Source: Longivirga aurantiaca | Lineage (GTDB): Bacteria; Actinomycetota; Actinomycetes; S36-B12; CAIYMF01 | DNA length: 32,000 nt | Direction: 5' to 3' | Assembly (NCBI RefSeq): GCF_042660085.1 | Contig: NZ_JBHSTI010000002.1 | Span: 330,001-362,000 of the forward strand | Part shown: one piece after another, positions 17,452 to 27,876 of the stretch | Position numbering within the stretch: position 1 is the stretch's first letter | Layout of the letters: each line of letters opens with the position of its first letter | The notes under the pieces: model-generated | Seen by the model: the letters and a program-made list of their open reading frames with translations, nothing else | What the model was told of the DNA's origin: nothing | Databases searched by the model: none | Position numbers and translations under genes: made by a program

Positions 17452-18428
17452 GGCTGCTCGTGATCGGCGGCACCCGGTTCGTCGGCAGGCACGTCGTCGA
17501 GGCGGCGCTGCGGCGCGGCCACGAGGTCACGCTCGTCCACCGCACCGCCACCGATCTGTTCCCCGGTGCCGAGCACGTCCTCGCCGACCGCGACGGCGAC
17601 CTCGGCGCGCTCGACGGCCGCACGTTCGACGCGACGGCCGACATCTGCGCCTACTTCCCGCGCCAGGTGCGCCACGTCGTCGACACCCTCGGCGAGCGCG
17701 CCGGGCGCTACCTGCTCATCTCCTCGACCTCGGTGTACGCCGAGCCCGCGGGCCCGGCGTTCGACGAGTCGTCGCCCACCGTCCTCGCCGCGGGAGACGA
17801 CGTCGACGTCGTGACCGACTCGACGTACGGGCCGCTCAAGGTGGCCTGCGAGGAGGTGGCGCGCGAGCTGCTCGGCGACCGCGCCACCGTCGTGCGTCCG
17901 ACGTACGTCGTCGGGCCGTGGGACCACACGCAGCGCTTCACGCACTGGGTGCGCCGGCTGTCCGAGGGCGGCGAGGTGCTCGGGCCGGGCAACCCCGGCG
18001 ACCCGCTGCAGGTGGTCGACGCGCGCGACCTCGGGCGGTTCGTGGTCGACCTCCTCGAGAAGGACGTCGCCGGCACGTTCCACGCGGTGACGCCGCAGCC
18101 GCCGTACACGTTCGGCGACATGCTGGCCGACGTGCTCGCCGTGGTCGCGCCGTCGGGCACCACCATCACGTGGGTCGACCAGGCCTGGCTGCTCGAGCAG
18201 GGCGAGTCCGACGCCACGATCCCGCTCTGGGGCGGCGGCGACCCGTGGATCCTCGCGAACGCCGCGAGCCCGGCCGCCTCGGTCGCCGCGGGCATGAAGA
18301 ACCGGTCGGTGCGCCAGAGCGCCGTCGAGGTGCTCGACCACCTGCGCGCAGGGCCCACGACCGGATCGGACCCCGGCATGACCCGTGAGCGCGAGGCCGA
18401 GCTGCTGGCCGCCTGGCACGCCCGCTGA
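17448..18428 (+). CDS. NAD-dependent epimerase/dehydratase family protein
   Basis: MRLLVIGGTRFVGRHVVEAALRRGHEVTLVHR...YLLISSTSVYAEPAGPAFDE...DSTYGPLKVACEEVA: GGTxFxG and YxxxK motifs. ATGA overlap with HAD gene. Confidence 0.93.
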   Translation: MRLLVIGGTRFVGRHVVEAALRRGHEVTLVHRTATDLFPGAEHVLADRDGDLGALDGRTFDATADICAYFPRQVRHVVDTLGERAGRYLLISSTSVYAEPAGPAFDESSPTVLAAGDDVDVVTDSTYGPLKVACEEVARELLGDRATVVRPTYVVGPWDHTQRFTHWVRRLSEGGEVLGPGNPGDPLQVVDARDLGRFVVDLLEKDVAGTFHAVTPQPPYTFGDMLADVLAVVAPSGTTITWVDQAWLLEQGESDATIPLWGGGDPWILANAASPAASVAAGMKNRSVRQSAVEVLDHLRAGPTTGSDPGMTREREAELLAAWHAR

Positions 18429-18537
18429 CCCGCCGTACCGCCCGCAGCCCGGTTCTCGGTTGGGGTGGTGGCGGGCTGGCCGATAGCCTGAGCGGACGCC
18501 ATCGAGGCCCGGGGGGCCTCCTGACGACAGACGGGAC

Positions 18538-18930
18538 GTGAGTGCGGTGCCGACCGGCAAGGTCAAGTGGTACGACAGTGAGAAGGGCTTCGGCTTCCTC
18601 GCCACCGAGGAGGGCGACGAGGTCTTCGTGCACGCCTCGGCGCTGCCCGCCGGTCTCGAGGCGCTCAAGCCGGGGTCGCGGGTCGAGTTCGGCATCGCCG
18701 ACGGCAAGCGCGGCCCGCAGGCCCTGTCGATCCGGCTCCTCGACGCCCCGCCCAGCGTGGCCAAGGCTGCTCGCAAGCCCGCCGAGGACATGGCCGTGAT
18801 CCTCGAGGACCTCATCAAGCTCCTCGACGGCACCTCGAACTCGCTGCGCCGTGGCCGCTACCCCGACGACAAGCACTCGCGGCAGATCGCGATGATGCTG
18901 CGCAAGGTCGCCGACGACATCGACGCGTAG
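18538..18930 (+). CDS. Cold shock domain protein with C-terminal extension
   Basis: (MSA)VPTGKVKWYDSEKGFGFLATEEGDEVFVHASALPAGLEALKPGSRVEFGIADGKRGPQALSIRLLDAPPSV...: CSD RNP motifs KGFGFL and VFVH. True start may be GTG at 18547. Confidence 0.95.
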   Translation: MSAVPTGKVKWYDSEKGFGFLATEEGDEVFVHASALPAGLEALKPGSRVEFGIADGKRGPQALSIRLLDAPPSVAKAARKPAEDMAVILEDLIKLLDGTSNSLRRGRYPDDKHSRQIAMMLRKVADDIDA

Positions 18931-18951
18931 CCGTACGCCCCGGAGCGAGAC

Positions 18952-18985
18952 GAGGCCGCCGTCACCCGCGAGGGACGGCGGCCTC
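18952..18985. terminator. Stem-loop terminator after cold shock gene
   Basis: GAGGCCGCCGTC (18952-18963) / GACGGCGGCCTC (18974-18985), 12 bp perfect arms. Confidence 0.8.
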
Positions 18986-19038
18986 GCTGCGGGCGGGCGG
19001 GGCCGCCGGAGAGGGCCGCGTGGCACTCGGAGGGCCCC

Positions 19039-20124
19039 GTGGGCGAGGATGGCCCCGTGACCTCCCTGGATCTTGGCAACGCAGCCGCCGTGCTCGGCAA
19101 CGCAGCCGCCGTCGACCTCGCCCGCGCAGCGGCGCTCGAGGTCGCCCCGGCCGCGCAGGTCGGCGAGCACGTGGGCGTCGTCGCAGATGCCGACCCCGAC
19201 ATCGCCACCCACCGGTTCGCCTGCCTCAACACCGCCTACGCCGGCTGGCACTGGTCGGTCACCGTCGTGCGCGTGCCCGGCGCGGAGACCGCCACCGTGT
19301 CCGAGGTCGTGCTGCTGCCCGGAGACGGCGCGCTGCTTCCCCCGCCCTGGGTGCCGTGGAACGAGAGGGTGCGCCCGGGCGACCTCGGCCCCGGCGACCT
19401 GCACCCCACTGCCCCGGACGACCCTCGCCTCGAGCCGGGCTACACCGGCGCGGACTTCCTCGAGGAGCTCGACGACCCGACGTACCCCGGCGTCGTCCTG
19501 CGCCCCGAGCAGTGGGAGCTCGGCCTCGGCCGTGAGCGCGTGCTCTCCGTGCTCGGCCGCGATCTCGCCGTCGAGCGCTGGTACGAGGGCGACCACGGCC
19601 CCGCGTCGGCCATGGCCAAGGGCGCGCCCGCGTCCTGCACGAGCTGCGGATTCCTGATGCCCATCGGCGGGCTCGTCGGTCAGGCGTTCGGCGTGTGCGC
19701 CAACCCCTTCGGTGCGGACGGCTCGGTCGTCTCGCTGGAGTACGGCTGCGGCGCGCACTCCAGCGTGCGCGAGATCGAGGGCACCGGGATCCCGGTCACC
19801 GAGATCGTCGTCGACGACTACGGCTTCGTCGAGGTGCACGCACGCGCGATGGTCGCCGACGCGACCGAGGACGAGGTGGTCACCTCGCAGGTCGTCATCG
19901 AGGACGGCGATGGCGGGGCAGACGTCGTGCTGCTCGACGACGAGGCGACGGGGGAGGACGTCGCCGACATCGCGCTCGACGACGACGACCTCGAGGCGGT
20001 GCACGAGATCGCCGACCCCGAGTCGCTGGTCGACGCGCACGACGACGAGGACGACGATCTCGAGGACGACGCGCAGGCGGAGACGCTCGAGGACGTGCTC
20101 GACCTCGACCCGGACGACCTCTAG
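19039..20124 (+). CDS. DUF3027 domain-containing protein
   Basis: ...AYAGWHWSVTVVRVPGAETATVSEVVLLPGDGALLPPPWVPWNERVRPGDLGPGDLHPTAPDDPRL...SCTSCGFLMPIGGLVGQAFGVCANPFGADGSVVSLEYGCGAHSS; acidic tail. Start could be GTG 19039 or GTG 19057. Confidence 0.88.
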   Translation: MGEDGPVTSLDLGNAAAVLGNAAAVDLARAAALEVAPAAQVGEHVGVVADADPDIATHRFACLNTAYAGWHWSVTVVRVPGAETATVSEVVLLPGDGALLPPPWVPWNERVRPGDLGPGDLHPTAPDDPRLEPGYTGADFLEELDDPTYPGVVLRPEQWELGLGRERVLSVLGRDLAVERWYEGDHGPASAMAKGAPASCTSCGFLMPIGGLVGQAFGVCANPFGADGSVVSLEYGCGAHSSVREIEGTGIPVTEIVVDDYGFVEVHARAMVADATEDEVVTSQVVIEDGDGGADVVLLDDEATGEDVADIALDDDDLEAVHEIADPESLVDAHDDEDDDLEDDAQAETLEDVLDLDPDDL

Positions 20125-20127
20125 CCG

Positions 20128-20400
20128 CTAGGCGTCGGGCGTGGCGGGCGTCGCTGCGCGTCGGTAGGCGTCGCGCCGGCGGCGTACGTACCAGAGCCCG
20201 GCCAGGCCGAGCACCGCGCCTGTGAGGCAGACCCAGGTCCACCAGCCGTTGCCGGCGTCGGCGAGCGGTCCGCGGAGGACGAGGCAGAGCACCAGCCCCA
20301 CCGCCCAGGCCGCGGTGCCCACGGCCACGGCCCCCACGCCGTCGACGTCGAGGGGTGCCACCTCAGGGGTGGTGTCGGCGTCGGTCGGGGTGTCCTCCAC
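20128..20400 (-). CDS. DUF2530 domain-containing small membrane protein
   Basis: VEDTPTDADTTPEVAPLDVDGVGAVAVGTAAWAVGLVLCLVLRGPLADAGNGWWTWVCLTGAVLGLAGLWYVRRRRDAYRR. Confidence 0.82.
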   Translation of the reverse strand: MEDTPTDADTTPEVAPLDVDGVGAVAVGTAAWAVGLVLCLVLRGPLADAGNGWWTWVCLTGAVLGLAGLWYVRRRRDAYRRAATPATPDA

Positions 20401-20440
20401 GGGTGCAGGCTACCTCCGCGCGGCACGTAGGCTGACCGTC

Positions 20441-20530
20441 GTGGACCCCCGGACGCGACGCATGGTGACGCTCGGCGTCCTGGCCCTGTCGATCGCGCTC
20501 GTCGTGGCCGCAGCCGTGCTCAACCGCTGA
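20441..20530 (+). CDS. Tiny single-pass membrane protein, 29 aa
   Basis: VDPRTRRMVTLGVLALSIALVVAAAVLNR: positive-inside N-terminus then one hydrophobic helix; divergent from DUF2530 gene. The listed ORF 20222..20530 includes non-genic sequence upstream. Confidence 0.5.
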   Translation: MDPRTRRMVTLGVLALSIALVVAAAVLNR

Positions 20531-20534
20531 CCCG

Positions 20535-21086
20535 TCAGCCCACCTGGAGCAGCAGCACCTTCTGGCCCGGCTTCCAGGCGTCCGTGCTCGTGAACTGCAC
20601 CGGCACGGTCTCTCCTGCCGGCACGTCGGTCACCCGCGCGGTGGTCGTGGCGATGTGCTCGCCGTCCACGTAGATGTAGAGGATCAGGTCGGCGCTGCGC
20701 GTGCCGGTCGAGGTGTTGCGCGCCGTGGTGTCGACACCGATCGCACCGGCGGTGTTGGTGATCCGCCAGGAGCCGAGCCGCCACCCGTCGGCGGAGGTCG
20801 TCGTGGTGGCAGGTGCCGGGGGCACGGATCCGGTCGCCGTGGGCGCCGCGGACGAGGTGGTGGGTGTCGGCTTCACCGAGGCCGACGAGTCGCTGGTCGG
20901 GGCCGGCGCGCTCGTGCTCGTCGTGGGCGTCGAGGTGCGGGACGGTGACGCCGAGGGTGAGGACCCGCCCGCGAGCCCCCACACAGCGCCGATGGCGAGG
21001 CCGGCCAGTGCGGCCAGCACGAGGGAGACGACCACGAGTGCGCCGGCGGGCATCGCGCCCTCGGCACCGTTCGGTCGGCGGATCAC
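20535..21086 (-). CDS. Hypothetical membrane-anchored protein with Ser/Thr/Pro linker and extracellular domain
   Basis: VIRRPNGAEGAMPAGALVVVSLVLAALAGLAIGAVWGLAGGSSPSASPSRTSTPTTSTS...DGWRLGSWRITNTAGAIGVDTTARNTSTGTRSADLILYIYVDGEHIATTTARVTDVPAGETVPVQFTST. Confidence 0.78.
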   Translation of the reverse strand: MIRRPNGAEGAMPAGALVVVSLVLAALAGLAIGAVWGLAGGSSPSASPSRTSTPTTSTSAPAPTSDSSASVKPTPTTSSAAPTATGSVPPAPATTTTSADGWRLGSWRITNTAGAIGVDTTARNTSTGTRSADLILYIYVDGEHIATTTARVTDVPAGETVPVQFTSTDAWKPGQKVLLLQVG

Positions 21087-21169
21087 GCGCTCACCCTAGG
21101 CGGCGCCGTGCGCCGGAGTCACCGCTATCGCCGGGGACCGGCGTCGGCGGGCAGTGGCAGGATCAGGGG

Positions 21170-21946
21170 GTGACCACGCAGCCCAGCCTCGACAGCACCC
21201 GCCTCGGCACCGACGAGTACCTCGCCCATCTCGACGCCGACTTCGAGGCGATGCTCGAGGCGTCGACCGACCTCGGCGCCGAGGTCCCCGGCTGCCCCGG
21301 ATGGGACGTCGCGGCGCTGCTCTCGCACGTGCTGGGGGTCTATCGCCACAAGCTCGAGACGCTGCGCACCGACGCGAACCCGGGCGACCGGTCCGAGGGC
21401 GGCTGGGGCGTCGTCCCCGAGGGCGTCGACGTGCGGGACGAGATCCGCACGACGTACGTCGAGCTCCGCGAGATCCTGTCGGCGCGCGACGCCGACGAGC
21501 CGACCTTCGCCTGGTGGCCGTCGGAGCAGACCGTCGGCTTCTGGCACCGGCGGATGGCGCAGGAGACCACTGTGCACCGCTGGGACGCCGAGTCGGCCAC
21601 CGACGGGCCCGACGGCGCCGGCGACGTGCCGGAGGATCTCGCGGCCGACGGTGTCGACGAGCTGCTCGGCTGGCTGCGCTGGCCGTGGGACGACGTCCCG
21701 CAGCCCGGGGCGACAGGGCAGCGGGTGCTGGTGGCGGCCGACGACCACTCATGGACGGTCACGCTCAACGAGACCAGCGTCGAGGTGGTCGGCGGCGCGG
21801 GCGAGGCCGACGCGCTGGTGGCAGGCCCGGCGTCCGGCCTGCTGCTCTACCTGTGGGGGAGGCCGGGGGAGCATGGGATCGCGACCACCGGAGACGAGAC
21901 GGCGATCCGCCTGCTGCGCGAGCGTCTCCTGATGGCGACGTCGTAG
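21170..21946 (+). CDS. Maleylpyruvate isomerase family, mycothiol-dependent enzyme (DinB-like)
   Basis: ...DLGAEVPGCPGWDVAALLSHVLGVYRHKLETL...WWPSEQTVGFWHRRMAQETTVHRWDAE...: PGCPGWxVxxLxxHvxxvxr and AqEtxvHRwDa signatures. Confidence 0.92.
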   Translation: MTTQPSLDSTRLGTDEYLAHLDADFEAMLEASTDLGAEVPGCPGWDVAALLSHVLGVYRHKLETLRTDANPGDRSEGGWGVVPEGVDVRDEIRTTYVELREILSARDADEPTFAWWPSEQTVGFWHRRMAQETTVHRWDAESATDGPDGAGDVPEDLAADGVDELLGWLRWPWDDVPQPGATGQRVLVAADDHSWTVTLNETSVEVVGGAGEADALVAGPASGLLLYLWGRPGEHGIATTGDETAIRLLRERLLMATS

Positions 21947-23200
21947 GTGGCGGCCCCCTGGCCCGACGTGCGCGCGGAGGTGCGCGCGCTCCTGCTCGAC
22001 GACTCCCGGCTCGTGCGCGCGGTCGCGGCGGGCCGGCGTCGCGGTGTGCCGCTGGAGTGGAAGCGCGCCGAGCTGCGGCCGGTCGACCTCAAGGCCGGAC
22101 GCCGGCTGCAGGTGGTGACGTACGACGAGCGTCAGGCGCACACCGCCAACCACGACGCCGACACCGCGCCCGCAGCGGTCGACGCGCTGCTCGACCAGGG
22201 CTTCGGCAACTGGCACCTCGAGACGGCCACCGACGTGATGCAGGTGCGCATCACCAAGAAGGGCGACGCGCAGGTGCACCGCGCACCGCGGGTCGACGCG
22301 GTCGAGGACGTCCCGGTCGCGCACGACCGCGCCAAGCCCCGGCTGCTCGACGTCGAGCACCCCGACGTCAAGGCCTACCTCATGGCGGTCGGCGTCGCCG
22401 ACTCCCTCGGCCGCCTCAAGCCGACCAAGCAGGACAAGTACCGCCAGGTCGAGCAGTTCGTGCGGCTGCTCGACAGCGCGGTCGAGGACGCCCGCGTCGC
22501 ACGAGCCCTGCGCGAGCCGACGCCCGAGAGCCCCTGGCGCGTCGTTGATCTCGGCTGCGGCAACGCCTACCTCACCATCGGGGCCTTCGTGTGGCTGGCG
22601 AAGGTGCGGGGCATCCCCGTGGTCGTGCACGGGGTCGACGTCCGCGAGTCGTTCGCCGAGCGCAACTCCTCGCTCGCCGCCCGCCTCGGCTGGAGCGACG
22701 GGCTCACCTTCGAGGCCGCGACCATCGCGGACGCCTCCGACGACCCGCGCGCGGACGTCGTCGTCGCGCTGCACGCGTGCGACACCGCCACCGACGACGC
22801 GCTCGCCCGCGCTGTGCGGTGGGAGTCGCCGGTGGTGCTGGCCGCGCCGTGCTGCCACCACGACCTGCAGACCCAGGTGACCCGCGCGTCGACCCCGTCA
22901 CCGTTCGGCCTGCTCACGCGCTACGGCCTGCTGCGCGAGCGGTTCGTCGACGTGCTGACCGACGGCATCCGGGCGTCTCTGCTGCGGATCGTCGGCTACC
23001 GCGTCGAGACGGTCGAGTTCGTGAGCGACCAGCACACCCCGCGCAACCTCCTGCTGCGCGCCGTGCGCACGGGCGCCCCGGCCACGGCGACCGACCTCTC
23101 CGACTACGACCGTCTCGTCGACGAGTGGGCTGTGCAGCCCGCGCTCGCGACGCGCATCGAGCCGCAGCTGGTCGAGGCTCGCGCCCGGGCCAAGGCCTGA
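21947..23200 (+). CDS. Class I SAM-dependent methyltransferase
   Basis: ...TKQDKYRQVEQFVRLLD...WRVVDLGCGNAYLTIGAFVWLA...VHGVDVRESFAERN...VVVALHACDTATDDALARAVRWESPVVLAAPCCHHDLQTQ: VDLGCGxAYLT and CCHH motifs. Confidence 0.9.
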   Translation: MAAPWPDVRAEVRALLLDDSRLVRAVAAGRRRGVPLEWKRAELRPVDLKAGRRLQVVTYDERQAHTANHDADTAPAAVDALLDQGFGNWHLETATDVMQVRITKKGDAQVHRAPRVDAVEDVPVAHDRAKPRLLDVEHPDVKAYLMAVGVADSLGRLKPTKQDKYRQVEQFVRLLDSAVEDARVARALREPTPESPWRVVDLGCGNAYLTIGAFVWLAKVRGIPVVVHGVDVRESFAERNSSLAARLGWSDGLTFEAATIADASDDPRADVVVALHACDTATDDALARAVRWESPVVLAAPCCHHDLQTQVTRASTPSPFGLLTRYGLLRERFVDVLTDGIRASLLRIVGYRVETVEFVSDQHTPRNLLLRAVRTGAPATATDLSDYDRLVDEWAVQPALATRIEPQLVEARARAKA

Positions 23201-23205
23201 TCCTC

Positions 23206-24216
23206 GTGCGCCGCACGGCATCCCGGGTGCTGCTCGCGCTGCTTGTCACCGTGCTGGCCACCGCTGCGGCTCCGGCGTACGCGGCGGACGACGCCGACGT
23301 CGTCTGCCGGATCACCGACGAGCGGCTCGCGGAGATCAGCGGCATCACGTGGTCGGCGAAGCACGACGGCGTGTGGTGGGTGCACGCCGACTCGGGCAAC
23401 GGGCCGTACGTCTATGCGCTCGACGGCACGACCTGCGACGTTCTGGCCCGCGTGCGGGTGTCGAACATCGATGCGCGCGACCTCGAGGCGATCGGCACGG
23501 GGGTCGACCCGCAGGGCCGGAAGGTGCTGTGGCTGGCCGACATCGGCGACAACCGCGACTCGTGGCCCGAGGTGCGGCTGCACGCGATCCTCGAGCCCAG
23601 CAGGCTGGTCGACCAGCAGGTGCGGGCGACGACGTACCGCTTCAGCTACCCCGACCAGCCGCACAACGCCGAGGCGATCCTGGTGTCGCCGACCAGCGCC
23701 GAGGTCTGGGTCGTCACCAAGCAGCTCGCGCGCGGCGCGGTCTACCGCGTGCCGCTGTCGACGTCCGGCGTGGCGACGGCGAAGCGCGTCGGCGAGGTGG
23801 GCGGGCTCGTCACCGACGCCGCGATGGCGCCGGACGGCTCGCGCTTCGTGATCCGCGACTACTTCGCGGCCAAGCTCTTCGACGCGCCGGTGAGCGCCGC
23901 ATCGTTGAAGGCCGGGACGCCCGTGGCTCTGCCCGACCAGCCGCAGGGCGAGGCGGTCTCGTTCACCCGCGACGGCAGCGCGCTCGTGGCGGCCTCCGAG
24001 GGCGACGACCGGTTGCTGCGCGTCCCGGTCGAGGCGGCAGCATCGCCCACGCCGTCCGGTTCCTCGTCCTCCGCCGATCCGTCGCCGACATCGACCTCGT
24101 CGCCCGCCGGGCCGTCTGACGACGGACCGGGCGCGCTGCGGCTCGGCCTCGCGGCGTTCGCGGTCCTGCTGGCGGGCGCCGGCGTCGTCGTGGCGTCCCG
24201 CCGGATGAGGCACTGA
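23206..24216 (+). CDS. Secreted, C-terminally anchored beta-propeller-like hypothetical protein
   Basis: Signal peptide VRRTASRVLLALLVTVLATAAAPAYA; ISGITWSAKHDGVWWVHADSGNGPYVYALD...EAIGTG...VLWLADIGDNR...NAEAILVSPTSAEVWVVTKQ; Ser/Pro linker; C-terminal TM helix and RRMRH. Confidence 0.82.
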   Translation: MRRTASRVLLALLVTVLATAAAPAYAADDADVVCRITDERLAEISGITWSAKHDGVWWVHADSGNGPYVYALDGTTCDVLARVRVSNIDARDLEAIGTGVDPQGRKVLWLADIGDNRDSWPEVRLHAILEPSRLVDQQVRATTYRFSYPDQPHNAEAILVSPTSAEVWVVTKQLARGAVYRVPLSTSGVATAKRVGEVGGLVTDAAMAPDGSRFVIRDYFAAKLFDAPVSAASLKAGTPVALPDQPQGEAVSFTRDGSALVAASEGDDRLLRVPVEAAASPTPSGSSSSADPSPTSTSSPAGPSDDGPGALRLGLAAFAVLLAGAGVVVASRRMRH

Positions 24217-24287
24217 CCTCCACGCCCGAGGGCATGCGCTGCGCCATGCTGGGCACGAACGGCTCGTCGGGCCGGTGAGGGGGAGCG

Positions 24288-24587
24288 GTGAGCAGGTACC
24301 AGTGGCGGTTCGTGTGGGCTGCGGTCGCGGCGTACGCCGTGGCCATCGCGATCCAGTGGGTGGGGCGTCCGCAGCTCAGCATGGAGTCCGGGGACACGAC
24401 GTGGCTGATCCTCCAGTCGATGCTCGGGCAGATCGCGTTCTGGCTCGGCAACCTCTTCGCCGGCGGTGCCGTGCTGCTCGCCGTGCTGCGCTCGGACCGG
24501 GCCGACCAGTACGAGCTCGACTCGGACGAGCCGTTCGAGCCCGACGACACCGAGCCTGAGGGCCCCTTCGCCGGGATGATCGACTGA
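24288..24587 (+). CDS. Hypothetical small membrane protein
   Basis: VSRYQWRFVWAAVAAYAVAIAIQWVGRPQLSMESGDTTWLILQSMLGQIAFWLGNLFAGGAVLLAVLRSDRADQYELD...; two TM helices. Confidence 0.7.
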   Translation: MSRYQWRFVWAAVAAYAVAIAIQWVGRPQLSMESGDTTWLILQSMLGQIAFWLGNLFAGGAVLLAVLRSDRADQYELDSDEPFEPDDTEPEGPFAGMID

Positions 24588-24662
24588 CGCGTTCGGCCAC
24601 CCGTGCGGCGGCCGGTCGGGCATCCTGGGCGCACGGCCGTTACGTCCGATGGGGGATTCGCC

Positions 24663-25271
24663 ATGAGCGTCGACGTCGAGGCACCGACCACCGTTCCGCG
24701 CTCAGCCGCGGTGCGACCACGACGTGGCCGGTCGATCGCAGTGGCCGTGGTGGCCGCGCTGGCGCTCGGCCTCCTGGCGTCGGCGTACACCTACCGGCGC
24801 GCGGTGACCTCCGAGCGCGACAGCACGTTCATGGCCGTGCTGCAGGCGCAGTCGATGACGGCCTTCACGCAGATGCAGGCGGTGGGGTACGGGCAGGCGC
24901 CCGCTGACGCCGTGGTGATGTCCGAGGTCGTGGGCCTCGAGCTGCGCTACTACGAGCAGGGCCGCTCGATCACGGTGACCACGCCGAAGATGCGGCTGGG
25001 CTCACCGACGTCGTACGTCGTGCTCGACGCCGAGATGAGCAACGGCGACCTGCCCGGCTGGGTCGGCGACCGGTATACCTACGTGAGCATCCTGATGTTC
25101 GGCACCTACACGAACGACGAGAACGGGGCCTCCTCGGACGAGGGCAGCTGCATCCTCCGGGTGGGAAGCCCCTACGAGCCCGTGGCCACGGGCGAGCGCG
25201 TCGAGCTGCCCGGCGGCAGGACCGGAATGGCGTGCACTCCCGAGCAGCTCGCGACGTTCCGTATCAGCTAG
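24663..25271 (+). CDS. Hypothetical membrane-anchored protein
   Basis: MSVDVEAPTTVPRSAAVRPRRGRSIAVAVVAALALGLLASAYTYRRAVTSERDSTFMAVLQAQSMTAFTQMQ...; stop codon overlaps convergent MFS gene. Confidence 0.75.
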   Translation: MSVDVEAPTTVPRSAAVRPRRGRSIAVAVVAALALGLLASAYTYRRAVTSERDSTFMAVLQAQSMTAFTQMQAVGYGQAPADAVVMSEVVGLELRYYEQGRSITVTTPKMRLGSPTSYVVLDAEMSNGDLPGWVGDRYTYVSILMFGTYTNDENGASSDEGSCILRVGSPYEPVATGERVELPGGRTGMACTPEQLATFRIS

Positions 25272-26472
25272 CGGCCTGCGCGGGGATGCCTCCGACAGGC
25301 ACTCGCCCGATCGCCACGAGGGCGATGCCCGTGGCCAGCAGCGCCGGCACGATGAGGAACGCGAGGTGGACGCCGATGGCGTCAGCGACGGCCGCGAGCG
25401 CGAACGGTGCGATGCCGCTCGCCGCCCCGGCCGCCACGGACGAGAGCCCCGCACCACGGTCGACCTGACCGCCGGACGCCAGCACCGCGCGGCTGATGGC
25501 CAGCGGCGACTGGAGGCCGAGCCCGAGACCGGTGATCGCGAAGCCGACGAGCATCGGCACCGGCGAGCTCGAGAGCCAGGCGATGGCGAACCCGAGGATC
25601 GACAGCGCCATCGTGCCGATGAGCACGCGGTCGGGCTCGAACCGGCCGACGACGACGCTGCCGCCGACCCGGCCGATCGCCATGCCGCCGACGATGGTGA
25701 CGATAGAGGCCGCTGCGGCGGCCTCGCCGAGGCCGGCGCGGTCGCGCAGGAGGTCGCTGCCCCAGAGCATGAGCGAGAACTCGGTGCCCGCGCACAGCGC
25801 GAAGACGACGAACGCGTACCAGTAGAGCCGGGGCAGGGGAGCGCGCACCGTCGATGACGGTGCCGCGGCGTGGTGGTCGAGCTCGGTGTCGAAGTCCGAG
25901 AGGCGGCGTCCGCGCAGGAGCTCGAGCACCGCGAGCCCCAGGCAGGTGACGATCAGGCCCGGGCGCCAGCCCCAGCCGAGCCATACGCCGCCGCCGACAG
26001 CGAGCGGACCGAGGAGCCCCATCGTGGCGCCGAGCCCGTGCGCCTCGCTCATCGCGCGCGCGGAGGCGGCGACGTGGTGCGCCGGCAGGAACGCGTTGAC
26101 GCCCACCATCGCGAACGTGCCGCCGCAGGCCGCGAGGAAGATCCCGAGCAGCGTGAGCGGCAGCGGGTCGAAGCCCGTGTAGATCAGGATGCCGCCGGCC
26201 ATGAGGGCCGAGCCGAGCCGCAGCATCGCGCCGCGGCCCATCCACCGCACGAAGCGGGTCGCGGTGAGGCCGACGACGACCGATCCCACGGCCATCGCCG
26301 TGCCGTGCAGCGATGCCACCGAGCGGGTGTAGCCCTGCTCGTCGCGCAGCAGCGCGACGGTCGGGCCGAACGCGTAGAGGAAGTACCCGAACAGCCCGAT
26401 GTTGAGGTACGACAGCCACGTCGGGCGGTCGCGCACGATGTCGCGCCGCGCCGTCGAGGCCACCTCAGTCAT
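25264..26472 (-). CDS. MFS transporter
   Basis: MTEVASTARRDIVRDRPTWLSYLNIGLFGYFLYAFGPTVALLRDEQGYTRSVASLHGTAMAVGSVVVGLTATRFVRWMGRGAMLRLGSALMAGG...; 12-TM pattern. Confidence 0.92.
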   Translation of the reverse strand: MTEVASTARRDIVRDRPTWLSYLNIGLFGYFLYAFGPTVALLRDEQGYTRSVASLHGTAMAVGSVVVGLTATRFVRWMGRGAMLRLGSALMAGGILIYTGFDPLPLTLLGIFLAACGGTFAMVGVNAFLPAHHVAASARAMSEAHGLGATMGLLGPLAVGGGVWLGWGWRPGLIVTCLGLAVLELLRGRRLSDFDTELDHHAAAPSSTVRAPLPRLYWYAFVVFALCAGTEFSLMLWGSDLLRDRAGLGEAAAAASIVTIVGGMAIGRVGGSVVVGRFEPDRVLIGTMALSILGFAIAWLSSSPVPMLVGFAITGLGLGLQSPLAISRAVLASGGQVDRGAGLSSVAAGAASGIAPFALAAVADAIGVHLAFLIVPALLATGIALVAIGRVPVGGIPAQAAS

Positions 26473-26496
26473 GCCGCCGCCCGCCGTACGCCCCCG

Positions 26497-26559
26497 CGCT
26501 GACACTGATCAAGCCGCTGCTTCCTGGGGCGGGAAGCGACGGATCGACCAGGCTGAGCG
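26497..26559 (+). repeat. Palindromic dispersed repeat family 1, copy B
   Basis: cgctgacactgatcaagccgctgcttcctggggcgggaagcgacggatcgaccaggctgagcg; inverted copy of 11424-11486 (about 8 mismatches in 63 nt). Confidence 0.85.
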
Positions 26560-26568
26560 GAGGGGTGG

Positions 26569-27876
<1,308 letters not shown>

